DNA from: Candidatus Aminicenantales bacterium | GTDB lineage: Bacteria; Acidobacteriota; Aminicenantia; Aminicenantales; Saccharicenantaceae | Assembly (NCBI GenBank): GCA_049512315.1 | Contig: JBEKXF010000021.1 | Coordinates: forward strand, 1 to 57,617 | Reading direction: 5' to 3' | Length of the DNA stretch: 57,617 bases | Part shown: in pieces, positions 30,134 to 39,148 of the stretch | How positions within the stretch are numbered: the first letter of the stretch is position 1 | Layout of the letters: each line of letters opens with the position of its first letter | Position numbers and translations under genes: made by a program | Notes under the pieces: generated by a model | Databases searched by the model: none | Seen by the model: only the letters and a program-made list of their open reading frames with translations | What the model was told of the DNA's origin: nothing

Positions 30134-31981
30134 ATGAAAACGAAAAAAATCCTGCTTTTTCTGTCCGCCCTATGGCTTGTCGCCGTCGTCTGCCAGGCGT
30201 TGGAGAACCCGAAGGACATCCTGGCAAAAGCCAAGGACGCCTCCGGAGGAGCGGCTTGGGATGCGGTCTTTTCCATGCACTCCAAAGTCGCCCTCGCCGT
30301 CGGCGGCTTGAAGGGAACGGGCGAGTCATGGGAGGACATTCTGAGGGGACGGTCCTTCACGAGCTTTCAGCTGGGGGTCTTCACCGGAGCCGAGGGGTTT
30401 GACGGCCGGACGGTCTGGTCCCAGGACCCCTCGAAGCACGCCCACGCCGAGGAAGGAGGCGACGCGAAGGAGGAAGCCGTCAACGACGCTTACCGGCGCT
30501 CGCTGGCCTACTGGTTCCCGGAACGTTGGGAAGGTGTCATCGAGTATTCGGGCCTGGAACAGGAAAACGACCGTCAATTCCAGGTCATCAGAATGACGCC
30601 CCGGGGCGGCCGGGCGTTCGATCTGTGGATAGATGCCAAAACCTATCTCCTGGACCGCATCGTCGAAAAAACGGCCATGGAAACCCGGACGACTTATCTC
30701 TCCGATTACCGCGAGATATCCGGGGTCAAAATCGCCTATTTATCGCGCTCGACCAACGGCGAAGCCCGTTACGACCAGCTCATCACGGTCCAAAGCGTGG
30801 AATTGAATGCCCCTTTGAACGATGAGATATTCCGGATGCCGGGTCCGCCGCCTCCGGATTTCGCGATCTCCGGAGGTCAAAGCTCGACGACCGTGCCTTT
30901 TGAACTTCTGAACAATCATATTTATGTCCAGGCGACTCTCAACGGGAAAGGGCCTTTCCGGCTCCTCTGCGATACGGGAGGCCAAAACATCGTGGCCGTC
31001 GACCTGGCCAGGGAGCTCGGATTGAAATCCGAGGGGGCCCTGCAGGGCCGCGGCGTCGGAGAAAAATCCGAGGACGTCGGCCTGACGAAGGTCCAAACTC
31101 TCCAAATCGGGGAGGCCACGCTCTCGAACCAGGTCTTCGCCGTCTACGCCCTCTCGGCGCTGGGAGATGTCGAAGGCATGCCCATCCAGGGGCTTGTCGG
31201 CTATGAAGTCTTCAAGCGATTCGTGGTGACCATCGACTACGAACACGGCCGGCTGACGCTGACACTGCCGTCGGCGTTTTCCTATGCCGGCACGGGGACG
31301 GCTGTTCCGTTCAAATTCAACGGCCAGATCCCGCAGGTCGAGGGCGAGATCGACGGCCTTTCCGGGAAGTTCGACATCGACACCGGGAGCCGGGCCTCGC
31401 TGACCATCCTGGCGCCGTTCGCCGAGAAGCATAACCTAAAAACGCGCTATAAGCCGAAAGTCGAGACGATGACCGGCTGGGGCGTCGGCGGCCCGGCGCG
31501 GGGACTCGTGACGCGGGCGAAGGTCCTCAAACTGGGAAGCGTCATCGTCGAGAATCCTCTGGCGGAAATTTCCGTGCAGACCAAGGGAGCCTTTACGGAT
31601 CCGTACGTGGCGGGCAACGTCGGCGGCGGCGTCCTGAAGCGGTTCAACGTCATTTTCGATTATGATAAGCAGCGGCTGATCTTCGAACGAAACGCCGACT
31701 ATTCCGAGCCGGATGACTATGATCGCGCCGGCCTTTGGCTGAACCTGGCGAACGGAGCCTTTAAGGTGATGTCCGTCCTTCCCAAGGGGCCGGCGGCCGA
31801 GGCCGGGCTAAAGGAGGGCGATCTCCTTGTGGCGATCGACGGGAAGACGCCGGCCGAGCTTTCGCTGCCCGCGGCACGGCGGATGCTCAGGTCCAATCCG
31901 CCCGCCACAAAAATCCGACTGCGGGTCGAATCGGGCGGCAAAACCCGGGAATTGACGGTGACCCTCAGAGATCTTATCTGA
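30134..31981 (+). CDS. Secreted aspartyl protease with two retropepsin-like domains and a C-terminal PDZ
   Basis: Signal peptide; LCDTGG with GLVG and DIDTGS with GNVG; GPAAEAGLKEGD...IDG PDZ motif. Confidence 0.9.
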   Translation: MKTKKILLFLSALWLVAVVCQALENPKDILAKAKDASGGAAWDAVFSMHSKVALAVGGLKGTGESWEDILRGRSFTSFQLGVFTGAEGFDGRTVWSQDPSKHAHAEEGGDAKEEAVNDAYRRSLAYWFPERWEGVIEYSGLEQENDRQFQVIRMTPRGGRAFDLWIDAKTYLLDRIVEKTAMETRTTYLSDYREISGVKIAYLSRSTNGEARYDQLITVQSVELNAPLNDEIFRMPGPPPPDFAISGGQSSTTVPFELLNNHIYVQATLNGKGPFRLLCDTGGQNIVAVDLARELGLKSEGALQGRGVGEKSEDVGLTKVQTLQIGEATLSNQVFAVYALSALGDVEGMPIQGLVGYEVFKRFVVTIDYEHGRLTLTLPSAFSYAGTGTAVPFKFNGQIPQVEGEIDGLSGKFDIDTGSRASLTILAPFAEKHNLKTRYKPKVETMTGWGVGGPARGLVTRAKVLKLGSVIVENPLAEISVQTKGAFTDPYVAGNVGGGVLKRFNVIFDYDKQRLIFERNADYSEPDDYDRAGLWLNLANGAFKVMSVLPKGPAAEAGLKEGDLLVAIDGKTPAELSLPAARRMLRSNPPATKIRLRVESGGKTRELTVTLRDLI

Positions 31982-31982
31982 G

Positions 31983-32214
31983 GGGCCGTCCGGTCTTGTC
32001 GATGGCCGCGCGGAGGATCTCGATCTCCGTTCCACGGGCAGTAATCCGTCTTGAGGGCGATGTCAGCCACGCGATAGGACGTGCCTTCGATAGGAGTGTT
32101 TAGGCCGACGCCCTCCCGGGGAATGCCGCAGACGAGATGCAAGCCGAACTCATCCACGTCGGCCGGCGATTCGAGGGGATAATCCGGCCCCATCATCTGC
32201 GGCTCGTACCATTC
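31983..32214 (-). pseudogene. Relic of a GH27-like glycosidase gene (three fused fragments)
   Basis: EWYEP...DEFG joined to LHLVCGIPREGVGLNTPIEGTSYRVADIALKTDYCPWN, then in another frame EIEILRAAIDKTGRP; these match recalled bacterial GH27 motifs with the intervening sequence missing. Confidence 0.7.
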
Positions 32215-32244
32215 GCGGCCCGGCCGCTTTTTCCTTTCTTGGGA

Positions 32245-32524
32245 GATCGATGCCCGCGGCTTGCCGGATGACACGGACCTCGGCCTCCGAAAACGGCCGC
32301 CCGTCCGGCCGGAAGATGTCATGGTGCCAGACCGCGGGCTCCGGACTCCCCTCTTTCGATCCCCAGGGAAAGATCGTCTGGGTCTTGCCGCTCACGAGGC
32401 CCCAGTTCATCGCCTCGAGGCCGCCGGCCTTGAAGAGAGGGAGGATGTTGTCGAACCGGTTCCCGGCCCTCCGGGGAATATAGTTGCAGCCGAGGACCCA
32501 GGGCCTGGAGTGTCCGGAAGCCCC
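32245..32524 (-). pseudogene. Relic of a GH5-like glycosidase gene (N-terminal motif fused to C-terminus)
   Basis: RPWVLGCNYIP directly followed by RRAGNRFDNILPLFK...NWGLVSGKTQTIFPW...EPAVWHHDIFRPDGRPFSEAE; no start codon or RBS at its 5' end. Confidence 0.7.
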
Positions 32525-34477
32525 TCAGCGCTTCTTTTCGAAGACCCGCCAGTTCGGGGCCTGGCGCAGCGTCTCCAGCCGGAAGGCCGTCGGCCAGGCG
32601 ACGAGCCACTGGCTGACGCTCGAAGGGTAGAGCCAACGGGTGTGGAGGAACCCCTCGTCCTGGCTCCCGGCCGGCCGCTTCTTGCCCAGGACGACGAGGT
32701 CGCCGTTCGAGACCCCGCTCATCCCGTTGGCCCAGGCGGCCAGGGCCCGGTCACGCCAGACGGTTTTCCCGGTCAGGGCGGCCAGCTTGATCCAGTCGTT
32801 CACGATGATCACGGCGAAGGGGTCCTGGTGGTGATGCTGCGTCGAGACGGCGGTCCCGCCCAGGGTATCATAGCCGAGCGTGTTGAGGACGGTCCCGGCC
32901 GGATAAGGCACAGTATAGTGCCACTGCCAGGAGGCGAGGTAGTAGGAAACATCCTCGGCCCACCGGAGGTACGTCTCCTTGCCGGTGAGCTCGTAGAGGT
33001 CCAAGGCGGCCTTGAGCAGGGGCGTCGCCGACTCCTTGTCGATGCAATCCGTGTCCAGGGCGCCGGCCGTGGTGAAGCCGCTCTTGGTGAAATCTCCGAT
33101 GTAGAAGGCGAAAGCCCTCTCCGCGCCTTCGAGGTAGGTCGGCTTGTGAGTGAGACGGTAGGCCGTGAGGAGGGGCGGGATGAGGTAAGCGCCGATCGTC
33201 CCCTCGGAATCGACGGCCCGGCCGTCATTCGTCCAGGCTTTGCCGATCCGGCCGTCCTCCCGCATGGCCTTGAGCGCGAAATCGCAGATGGCGATGGCGA
33301 TCTCGCGGTACTCGGGCCTCTGGAGCTTGCATTTCGCGGCCAGGTCCGAGGCCTCGAAAAAGCCCTGGGCCGCGTGGCCCAGGTTGCAGGCGTCCTGGAC
33401 CTCCGTCTTCGGGTCCCCAAGGCCGATCAGATAATCGAAATGGCAGCGGAAGAGGCCGTTCTTGAGCCGGGCGTTGCGGGCCCAGGCATCGAGGCATTTC
33501 AGCCCGAGGTCGAGGGACGTCCTGTCGCCGGTCTTTAAGTAGTCCTGAAGGAGCGAGTTCGAGAGCGAGGCGTTTTGGCCGGCCCAGCCGATTTCGTATT
33601 TCCAGGACGGGCGCTGGGCCCATTTCGCGCCGTCCCAGCTGAGGCCGATGGAGAAGCCCTTGAAGGACTTTTCCTCGGCCCAGAGGCTGTCCTTGGCGAA
33701 GTCGAGGCCGAGCTCCCAGAGGTCTTCGGGCTCGAACCGCGGGGATACGGGATGGGCATTGAGTTGCCAGGCGGCGTCGAGCAGAGCATGCCAGCCGTGC
33801 TTCGGCACCGTCACGGGGCCGGCGACGATCCACGCCTTGAGCGTGACCGTCTGGCCGCGGGACATACGGAAGTCTTCATGATAGGCGTCCGCATATTGGT
33901 CGCGGGCCGCGTAGACAACGGGCGTCTCTTCCTCCGGCCAGACGAGCCGGTGGACGGTCCTGTCCTGACCCGGATCGAGGGAGCAGGAGAAGCCGCAGAC
34001 GAGCTGGCCCGGCCGGCTGAAAAGGGCCACCGACCAGGCCTCGGACTCGGAATAGGTCGCGCCGGGGACAGAGACCCTGTGATAGGCAAAGGTCCAGGGC
34101 TGCCCGTCCTTTCGGAATCCCTTGGGCTCCTGGCCCTTCCCCCAGGGGTTTCCGTTGTACGAGACGGCGGGGATGAGACTGTATTTCGACGCGTAGAACG
34201 CTTCGAGCTCCATCGTCAGCCGGACCGGCCGGACATAGTCCTTGCCGTTGTAGGTGAAGGTCCGCGTCCACTCGAAGAGCCCGGGCTGGACCTCCAGGAC
34301 ATCGTCCGTGACGGCGAAATCCGCCCCCTTGAAAGGGATGATGGCCCCGACCGGCTGTCCGTTGCCGTAGAGCGTGTTTGTTTCCCCGGTTTTCCTGAAC
34401 TCGACCCGGACTTGCGCGGACGAAAAAACCACGGTCACGAATAGAAGAACCATGGCGCAGATCAGCTTTCTTGTCAT
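32525..34477 (-). CDS. Secreted hypothetical protein, probable (alpha/alpha)6-barrel glycosidase-like
   Basis: ATG 34477 after AAGGAG; signal peptide; helical repeats DYLKTGDRTSL, AYRLTHKPTYL, LYELTGKETYL; AGALDTDCIDKES. Confidence 0.75.
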   Translation of the reverse strand: MTRKLICAMVLLFVTVVFSSAQVRVEFRKTGETNTLYGNGQPVGAIIPFKGADFAVTDDVLEVQPGLFEWTRTFTYNGKDYVRPVRLTMELEAFYASKYSLIPAVSYNGNPWGKGQEPKGFRKDGQPWTFAYHRVSVPGATYSESEAWSVALFSRPGQLVCGFSCSLDPGQDRTVHRLVWPEEETPVVYAARDQYADAYHEDFRMSRGQTVTLKAWIVAGPVTVPKHGWHALLDAAWQLNAHPVSPRFEPEDLWELGLDFAKDSLWAEEKSFKGFSIGLSWDGAKWAQRPSWKYEIGWAGQNASLSNSLLQDYLKTGDRTSLDLGLKCLDAWARNARLKNGLFRCHFDYLIGLGDPKTEVQDACNLGHAAQGFFEASDLAAKCKLQRPEYREIAIAICDFALKAMREDGRIGKAWTNDGRAVDSEGTIGAYLIPPLLTAYRLTHKPTYLEGAERAFAFYIGDFTKSGFTTAGALDTDCIDKESATPLLKAALDLYELTGKETYLRWAEDVSYYLASWQWHYTVPYPAGTVLNTLGYDTLGGTAVSTQHHHQDPFAVIIVNDWIKLAALTGKTVWRDRALAAWANGMSGVSNGDLVVLGKKRPAGSQDEGFLHTRWLYPSSVSQWLVAWPTAFRLETLRQAPNWRVFEKKR

Positions 34478-34610
34478 GACGGACTCCTTGGACTCCGGGG
34501 CCGGCACAATATTCCAAAAAATATGGGGCAAAGGGTGGGTCCGGAATCGGTTCGATATCCCACTGCCAGCGGTTATACCAAACGCCCCGCCAAAAGACAA
34601 GCCGGACGCC

Positions 34611-34640
34611 TTTACAATGGACAGGCAATCCGAGTATGAT
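34611..34640 (+). promoter_or_regulatory. Sigma70-type promoter for fba
   Basis: TTTACA-N18-TATGAT about 20 nt before the start codon. Confidence 0.55.
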
Positions 34641-34659
34641 TCGGGCGGGAGGTTCCATC

Positions 34660-35685
34660 ATGCCTGTTTCCTACAAAGACCTCGGTTTGTCGAACACCCG
34701 CGAGATGTTCCATAGGGCTTTCGAGGGCCGATACGCGGTCCCGGCCTACAATTTCAACAACATGGAACAGCTCCAGGCCATCATCACCGCCTGCGCCGAG
34801 ACCCGCTCTCCCGTCATCCTCCAGATCTCGAGCGGGGCCCGGAAATACGCCAACCAGACCCTCCTCCGCTACATGGCCGAAGGCGCCGTGAAAATGGCCC
34901 GGGAGATGGAGAAGGCGCACGGGGCCGACGGGGAAAGCCCCATCACCCTCCACCTCGACCACGGCGACACGTTCGACCTGGCGAGGTCGTGCATCGACAG
35001 CGGCTTCTCGTCAGTGATGATCGACGGCTCTCACCTCCCGTACGAGGAGAACATCGCCCTCACCAAACAGGTCGTCGCCTTCGCACGGGAGCGCGACGTC
35101 TCCGTCGAGGGCGAGCTCGGCGTCCTGGCCGGCATCGAGGACAAGGTCAAAGCCGAGAAATCCACCTACACCCGGCCCGATGAGGTCGTCGATTTCGTCG
35201 GCCGGACCGGCGTCGACTCGCTGGCCATCTCGATCGGGACCTCACACGGCGCCTACAAGTTCAAGCCCGAGCAGTGCACCCGGGACGATCGCGGGGTCCT
35301 CATCCCGCCGCCCCTCCGGTTCGACATCCTGAGCGAGGTCGAAAAAAGGCTCCCCGGCTTCCCCATCGTCCTTCACGGCGCCTCCTCCGTCATCCAGGAC
35401 GCGGTGGCCATGATCAACAAGTACGGCGGCGCGATGAAGGACGCCATCGGGGTCCCCGAGGACCAGCTGCGGGAGGCCGCGAAATCGGCGGTCTGCAAGA
35501 TCAACATCGACACGGACGGCCGGATGGTCATGACGGCCACCATCCGGAAGATCTTCGTGGAACAGCCGGCGGAATTCGACCCGCGCAAGTACCTGGGCCC
35601 GGCCCGGACCGCCCTCGTCGAGATGTACAAAAGGAAGAACCGGGACGTCCTGGGCTCGGCCGGCCGGTACGGGAAGGAATTCTAG
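34660..35685 (+). CDS. fba: Class II fructose-1,6-bisphosphate aldolase
   Basis: AVPAYNFNNME, LHLDHG, SSVMIDGS, VEGELG, GTSHGAYK, VLHGAS, KINIDTD, FDPRKYL. Confidence 0.96.
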   Translation: MPVSYKDLGLSNTREMFHRAFEGRYAVPAYNFNNMEQLQAIITACAETRSPVILQISSGARKYANQTLLRYMAEGAVKMAREMEKAHGADGESPITLHLDHGDTFDLARSCIDSGFSSVMIDGSHLPYEENIALTKQVVAFARERDVSVEGELGVLAGIEDKVKAEKSTYTRPDEVVDFVGRTGVDSLAISIGTSHGAYKFKPEQCTRDDRGVLIPPPLRFDILSEVEKRLPGFPIVLHGASSVIQDAVAMINKYGGAMKDAIGVPEDQLREAAKSAVCKINIDTDGRMVMTATIRKIFVEQPAEFDPRKYLGPARTALVEMYKRKNRDVLGSAGRYGKEF

Positions 35686-35694
35686 ACCCGGCGC

Positions 35695-36393
35695 TTATTT
35701 CTTGCCCGGAAGATAAAGCTCCCGGATCCTCCGCCTCGTCCTCTCGATCACGTCGGCCAGGCTCCTTTTGCCCAGCGCTTGGGCCATGCCCGCCAGGCCC
35801 AGTGGAACAGGGCCCGGGTCCGCGTAGACGCGATAGGCAGCCAGGACCCCGCCCGCTTCGGATCTTCTAACCAGCCAGCGGCCGGACGTGTCCTTCACCG
35901 TCTGAGCCGGGGGGAGACCGGGCCAGGGCAGCTTTTCCCAGGTGACTTCAAATCTTTCGGCGGTCCTGGAGGACAAATATTTAACGCGGTACTGCTTGGA
36001 TTGTCCGAACGGGAACGCCAGCCAGATCTCCACGATGGACGTCGTCCCGCTCACATCACTGACGGCGACGCGCTCGACCCGGGGCATGAACTCCGGGTAG
36101 CGCCGGTAATCGGTGATGATCGCGTAGGCCTCATCGAGACCGCCCGGGAGGACTCCCAGCGCCTCAAAGGTCTTGCCCGGCCTCCCGCGGTTCGGCAAGT
36201 CCCTGAGAATGATGCCCCCTTTGAGGATGTCCGCCCTCTCCCGCGGAGTGAGGCCCAGCTGAGGGTCGGTCTCACCGGCCTGAACGAGGACTGTGCTAAG
36301 GCCGCGGGAAACTTCAAGGCCCGGAGCGAAAGATAGGGGCGGCGCTATAACGGCGATCGCGAAGGCCTTTTTCAAGGCCGGAGGGAATTTCAT
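35695..36393 (-). CDS. SRPBCC/START (polyketide cyclase-like) domain protein
   Basis: IITDYRRYPEFMPRV, GRW, YRVYADPG pattern; hydrophobic leader. Confidence 0.75.
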   Translation of the reverse strand: MKFPPALKKAFAIAVIAPPLSFAPGLEVSRGLSTVLVQAGETDPQLGLTPRERADILKGGIILRDLPNRGRPGKTFEALGVLPGGLDEAYAIITDYRRYPEFMPRVERVAVSDVSGTTSIVEIWLAFPFGQSKQYRVKYLSSRTAERFEVTWEKLPWPGLPPAQTVKDTSGRWLVRRSEAGGVLAAYRVYADPGPVPLGLAGMAQALGKRSLADVIERTRRRIRELYLPGKK

Positions 36394-36450
36394 GACACCC
36401 CCAGTGTCGGGCAATGGAAAAGGATTGTCAAATTCCCCCGGGAACCGGCG

Positions 36451-36485
36451 AAAAAAAATAGGGCGTCTCGCCGGGCGAGACGCCC
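36451..36485 (-). terminator. Rho-independent terminator of the beta-barrel gene
   Basis: GGGCGTCTCGCC-g-GGCGAGACGCCC palindrome followed on the minus strand by TATTTTTTTT. Confidence 0.85.
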
Positions 36486-36514
36486 CGTGTTTTCCAGAGG
36501 GAGCAGTCGACGAT

Positions 36515-37147
36515 TTAGAACGCGATGCCGACGGTCGCCGACCAGACGCCGTTCTTGACGTCGAGGGGAGTCGTGCCCGGGGGGTCAGGGTTGACGACTT
36601 TCTGCAGGCCCATGCTGTAGCGGACGTCGATCTGGAAATGGCTGCCGATGTTCAGGCCGCCGCCGAAGATGGCGCCGTAGTCATTGTTCTTGAAGATCGC
36701 CTGACCCAGGGGAACGTCCTGGCCGTCCACGTTGAGCTTTTCGCTCAGCTTGAATCCGACGGCCGGTCCCGCGAATACGAAGGGCGAAACGAGGGGGGTC
36801 GGGATCCGGAACTTCAGGAGGAGCGGGATTTCGAGGTAGTTCGCAGAGAGCTTATTGGAAACGGTCGGATCAACATTCGTGACCTCCATGTCGACGCCCT
36901 TCATCGTGTAGAGGGCCTCGACCTGGAGGGTGAAGACGCTTCCCATGTTGAAAGCGACGAACACCCCGGCGACAAATCCCACCTTGTTCTTGAGGGTCGT
37001 GTTGATATCCTGGGCGTCCGCGCCCGTGATCTTCGCCATGTTGCCCCCGCCCTTGAGCCCGAACTGCACGTTGGCAGCCGCGGGCCCGGGCAGCGCGAGC
37101 AGGCAGGCGAAGGCGCCGATCACCAGAGCCGCAGTCAGTTTTTTCAT
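36515..37147 (-). CDS. Outer-membrane beta-barrel protein (PorT/porin-like family)
   Basis: Signal peptide; FGLKGGGN, LQVEALYTMKG, YLEIPLL, FAGP, DVRYSMG; C-terminal Phe; ATG 37147 after GGAGG. Confidence 0.9.
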   Translation of the reverse strand: MKKLTAALVIGAFACLLALPGPAAANVQFGLKGGGNMAKITGADAQDINTTLKNKVGFVAGVFVAFNMGSVFTLQVEALYTMKGVDMEVTNVDPTVSNKLSANYLEIPLLLKFRIPTPLVSPFVFAGPAVGFKLSEKLNVDGQDVPLGQAIFKNNDYGAIFGGGLNIGSHFQIDVRYSMGLQKVVNPDPPGTTPLDVKNGVWSATVGIAF

Positions 37148-37243
37148 ATTGACCTCCATTTCAACGGATGGCGGCAGTTCTGGACGCCTCCATCGCTCAT
37201 AGTCATTATGTCGGCGCCCCGAAATCCCCGCAATCCCCTTTAA

Positions 37244-37369
37244 GAGTGAATTCGCTGGGGATATCTCCCTCCCCCCAAGCGGGGAATGCGGATTCCGTTT
37301 GCTCCCCCACGGGAAACCGTGGCCTCACCCCCCCTTTCCCGGCCGCTCAAGTCCGGCGAGGTTCCACTC
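37244..37369. other. GC-rich multi-stem intergenic element (candidate structured RNA or repeat)
   Basis: Imperfect closing stem GAGTGAATTCGCTGG / CCGGCGAGGTTCCACTC; internal perfect hairpin CCACGG-GAAA-CCGTGG (37307-37322); GGGGA/TCCCC stem. Confidence 0.4.
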
Positions 37370-37430
37370 CATCGGTCAACTTGGAGAATAGCCAGGACGG
37401 AAATCCGGCGGATCCCGGGCTTTCAGCGGA

Positions 37431-38198
37431 TCACTTGATCAGACGCTTTTTCATCATCCGGATGCCGACGACGAAGGCGACGATTTCCAGGACGAAAATG
37501 ATCAGGAAATTCCAGATATACTTAGCTTGGTATTCGCCCGAGAAGACCGCCCGCGAGATCTTGACGGCGTGGGTCAGGGGCATGAACTCGGAAAGCTTCT
37601 GCATCCAGGCCGGGAACTTGTCCAGGGGGAAGAAGACCCCCGAGAAGAAGAGCATGGGCGTGATGATGAGCTCGGTGTAGTAGTTGAAAAAGTCGAAGCT
37701 CGGCGAAACCGAGGTCACGATCATGGCCAGCGAGGCGAAGAGGACCCCGATGAAGACCATGAGGACGAGCAGGAGCAGCAGGCTGGGGATGGAGACGGGG
37801 ATAATCCCCATGACGACGGCGACGAGCATCATCAGCGAGCCGCTGACCAGGCCGCGGAAGGCCCCCCAGGCGATGTCGCCGGCCACGGCGTCCTCCGCGG
37901 AGACCGGCGTCGCGATCAGGGAATCGTAGAGCTTCTCGTGGACCATCTTGACGAACGTCCCGTAGAGGCATTCGAAGGTCGACGACATCATGACCGACGA
38001 GACAAGGACCCCGGGCACGAGAAAATAAAGATAAGGCTTCCCGCCGAAGTACCCCATGTAAGCGCCCATGCCGATCCCGAAGGTGATGAGATAGAAAAGG
38101 GGCTCGACCAGACTGACGAGGAAGGTCGGGACGACGAACCTCTTGTAGGACACCATGTTTCTGAGGAAAACGTAATAGGTCCGGTAGGAGAGGTTCAT
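37431..38198 (-). CDS. ABC-2 type exporter permease (NodJ-like)
   Basis: EPLFYL, YLYFLVPG, TPMLFFSGVFFP, PLTHAV; ATGA overlap with the ATPase. Confidence 0.92.
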   Translation of the reverse strand: MNLSYRTYYVFLRNMVSYKRFVVPTFLVSLVEPLFYLITFGIGMGAYMGYFGGKPYLYFLVPGVLVSSVMMSSTFECLYGTFVKMVHEKLYDSLIATPVSAEDAVAGDIAWGAFRGLVSGSLMMLVAVVMGIIPVSIPSLLLLLVLMVFIGVLFASLAMIVTSVSPSFDFFNYYTELIITPMLFFSGVFFPLDKFPAWMQKLSEFMPLTHAVKISRAVFSGEYQAKYIWNFLIIFVLEIVAFVVGIRMMKKRLIK

Positions 38199-39130
38199 TC
38201 GATCAGGCCCCTGCCCGTGAGCTTCAGGAAGACGTCCTCGAGCGAGGCGGGACGGGTCCAGGTGTTAGGGAGGTCGAGCTCGACAAGCTTCTTCAGGATG
38301 TCGTGGCCGTCGCGGCAGTAAAAATAGAGGGTGTCGCCCACCCGCTCGTGGCCGCAGGCGAAGGGGGCGAGCTGGCCGATGATCCTCTCGTCCTCGTCCT
38401 TGGAAATCCGGATCTCGACGACCTCCCGGCCGATCTCTTCCTCGACCAGCTTGGGAGGCAGCCCTTCCCGGAGGATCTTCCCCTGGTGCATGATGACGAT
38501 CCGGTCGCAGAGCTGCTGAGCCTCCTCCATGTACTGCGTCGTCAGGATCAGCGTCGTTCCTTGGGCCTTCAGCTGCCGGAGACGCTGCCAGATGAGGTGC
38601 CGGGCCTGGGGGTCGAGCCCCGTCGTCGGCTCGTCGGCGACGATCAGCTTGGGGTGGTTGAGGAGGGCCCGGGCGACGAGCAGCCTCCGCTTCATCCCGG
38701 TCGAAAGCTCGTCGATCTTGCTCGACCGCTTGGCCTCGAGCTCGACGAACTTCAGAAGTTCCGCGATCCGCTTCTTCGCCTCCCGTCCCGGAATGTCAAA
38801 GAACTTGGCGAAGATGGCCAGGTTCTCGGTCACGGTCAGGTCGTTGTCCAGGGTGATCTCCTGAGGGATCACTCCCGTCATCATCTTGACGGCCCGGTTG
38901 TCGATGTGGGCCGGCATCCCCTTGACGGTCAAGGTGCCCGACGTCACCGGGGAGACGCAGTGGATCATCCTGACGGTCGAGGTCTTGCCGGCCCCGTTCG
39001 GCCCCAGGAAGCCGAAGCACTCTCCCTCCTGGATCTCGAACGAGATCCTGTCGACGGCGGTCAGGTCGCCGTATTTTTTGGTGAGGTCTTTGGCCGTGAT
39101 GAAAGCGCCCATGATTTTATCAGCGGCCAT
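38195..39130 (-). CDS. ABC exporter ATP-binding protein (NodI-like)
   Basis: GPNGAGKTS, LSTGMKRR, DEPTTGLDPQARHLIW, LEDVFLKLTGR. Alternative start 39112. Confidence 0.93.
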   Translation of the reverse strand: MAADKIMGAFITAKDLTKKYGDLTAVDRISFEIQEGECFGFLGPNGAGKTSTVRMIHCVSPVTSGTLTVKGMPAHIDNRAVKMMTGVIPQEITLDNDLTVTENLAIFAKFFDIPGREAKKRIAELLKFVELEAKRSSKIDELSTGMKRRLLVARALLNHPKLIVADEPTTGLDPQARHLIWQRLRQLKAQGTTLILTTQYMEEAQQLCDRIVIMHQGKILREGLPPKLVEEEIGREVVEIRISKDEDERIIGQLAPFACGHERVGDTLYFYCRDGHDILKKLVELDLPNTWTRPASLEDVFLKLTGRGLIE

Positions 39131-39148
39131 GATAGCAGATTTTTCAGT

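Noticed and set aside
32525..32527. TGA followed by an open in-frame region, suggesting selenocysteine
   Set aside because: No redox motif context or recognisable SECIS; the downstream part is better explained as a gene relic.
37285..37312. Minus-strand GTGGGGGAGCAAACGG resembling a 16S rRNA segment
   Set aside because: The match is short and does not extend; there is no rRNA context.
37431..39130. Nod-factor export function for the NodIJ-like pair
   Set aside because: No nodABC genes here; NodIJ-like ABC-2 exporters are widespread, so no gene symbols were assigned.
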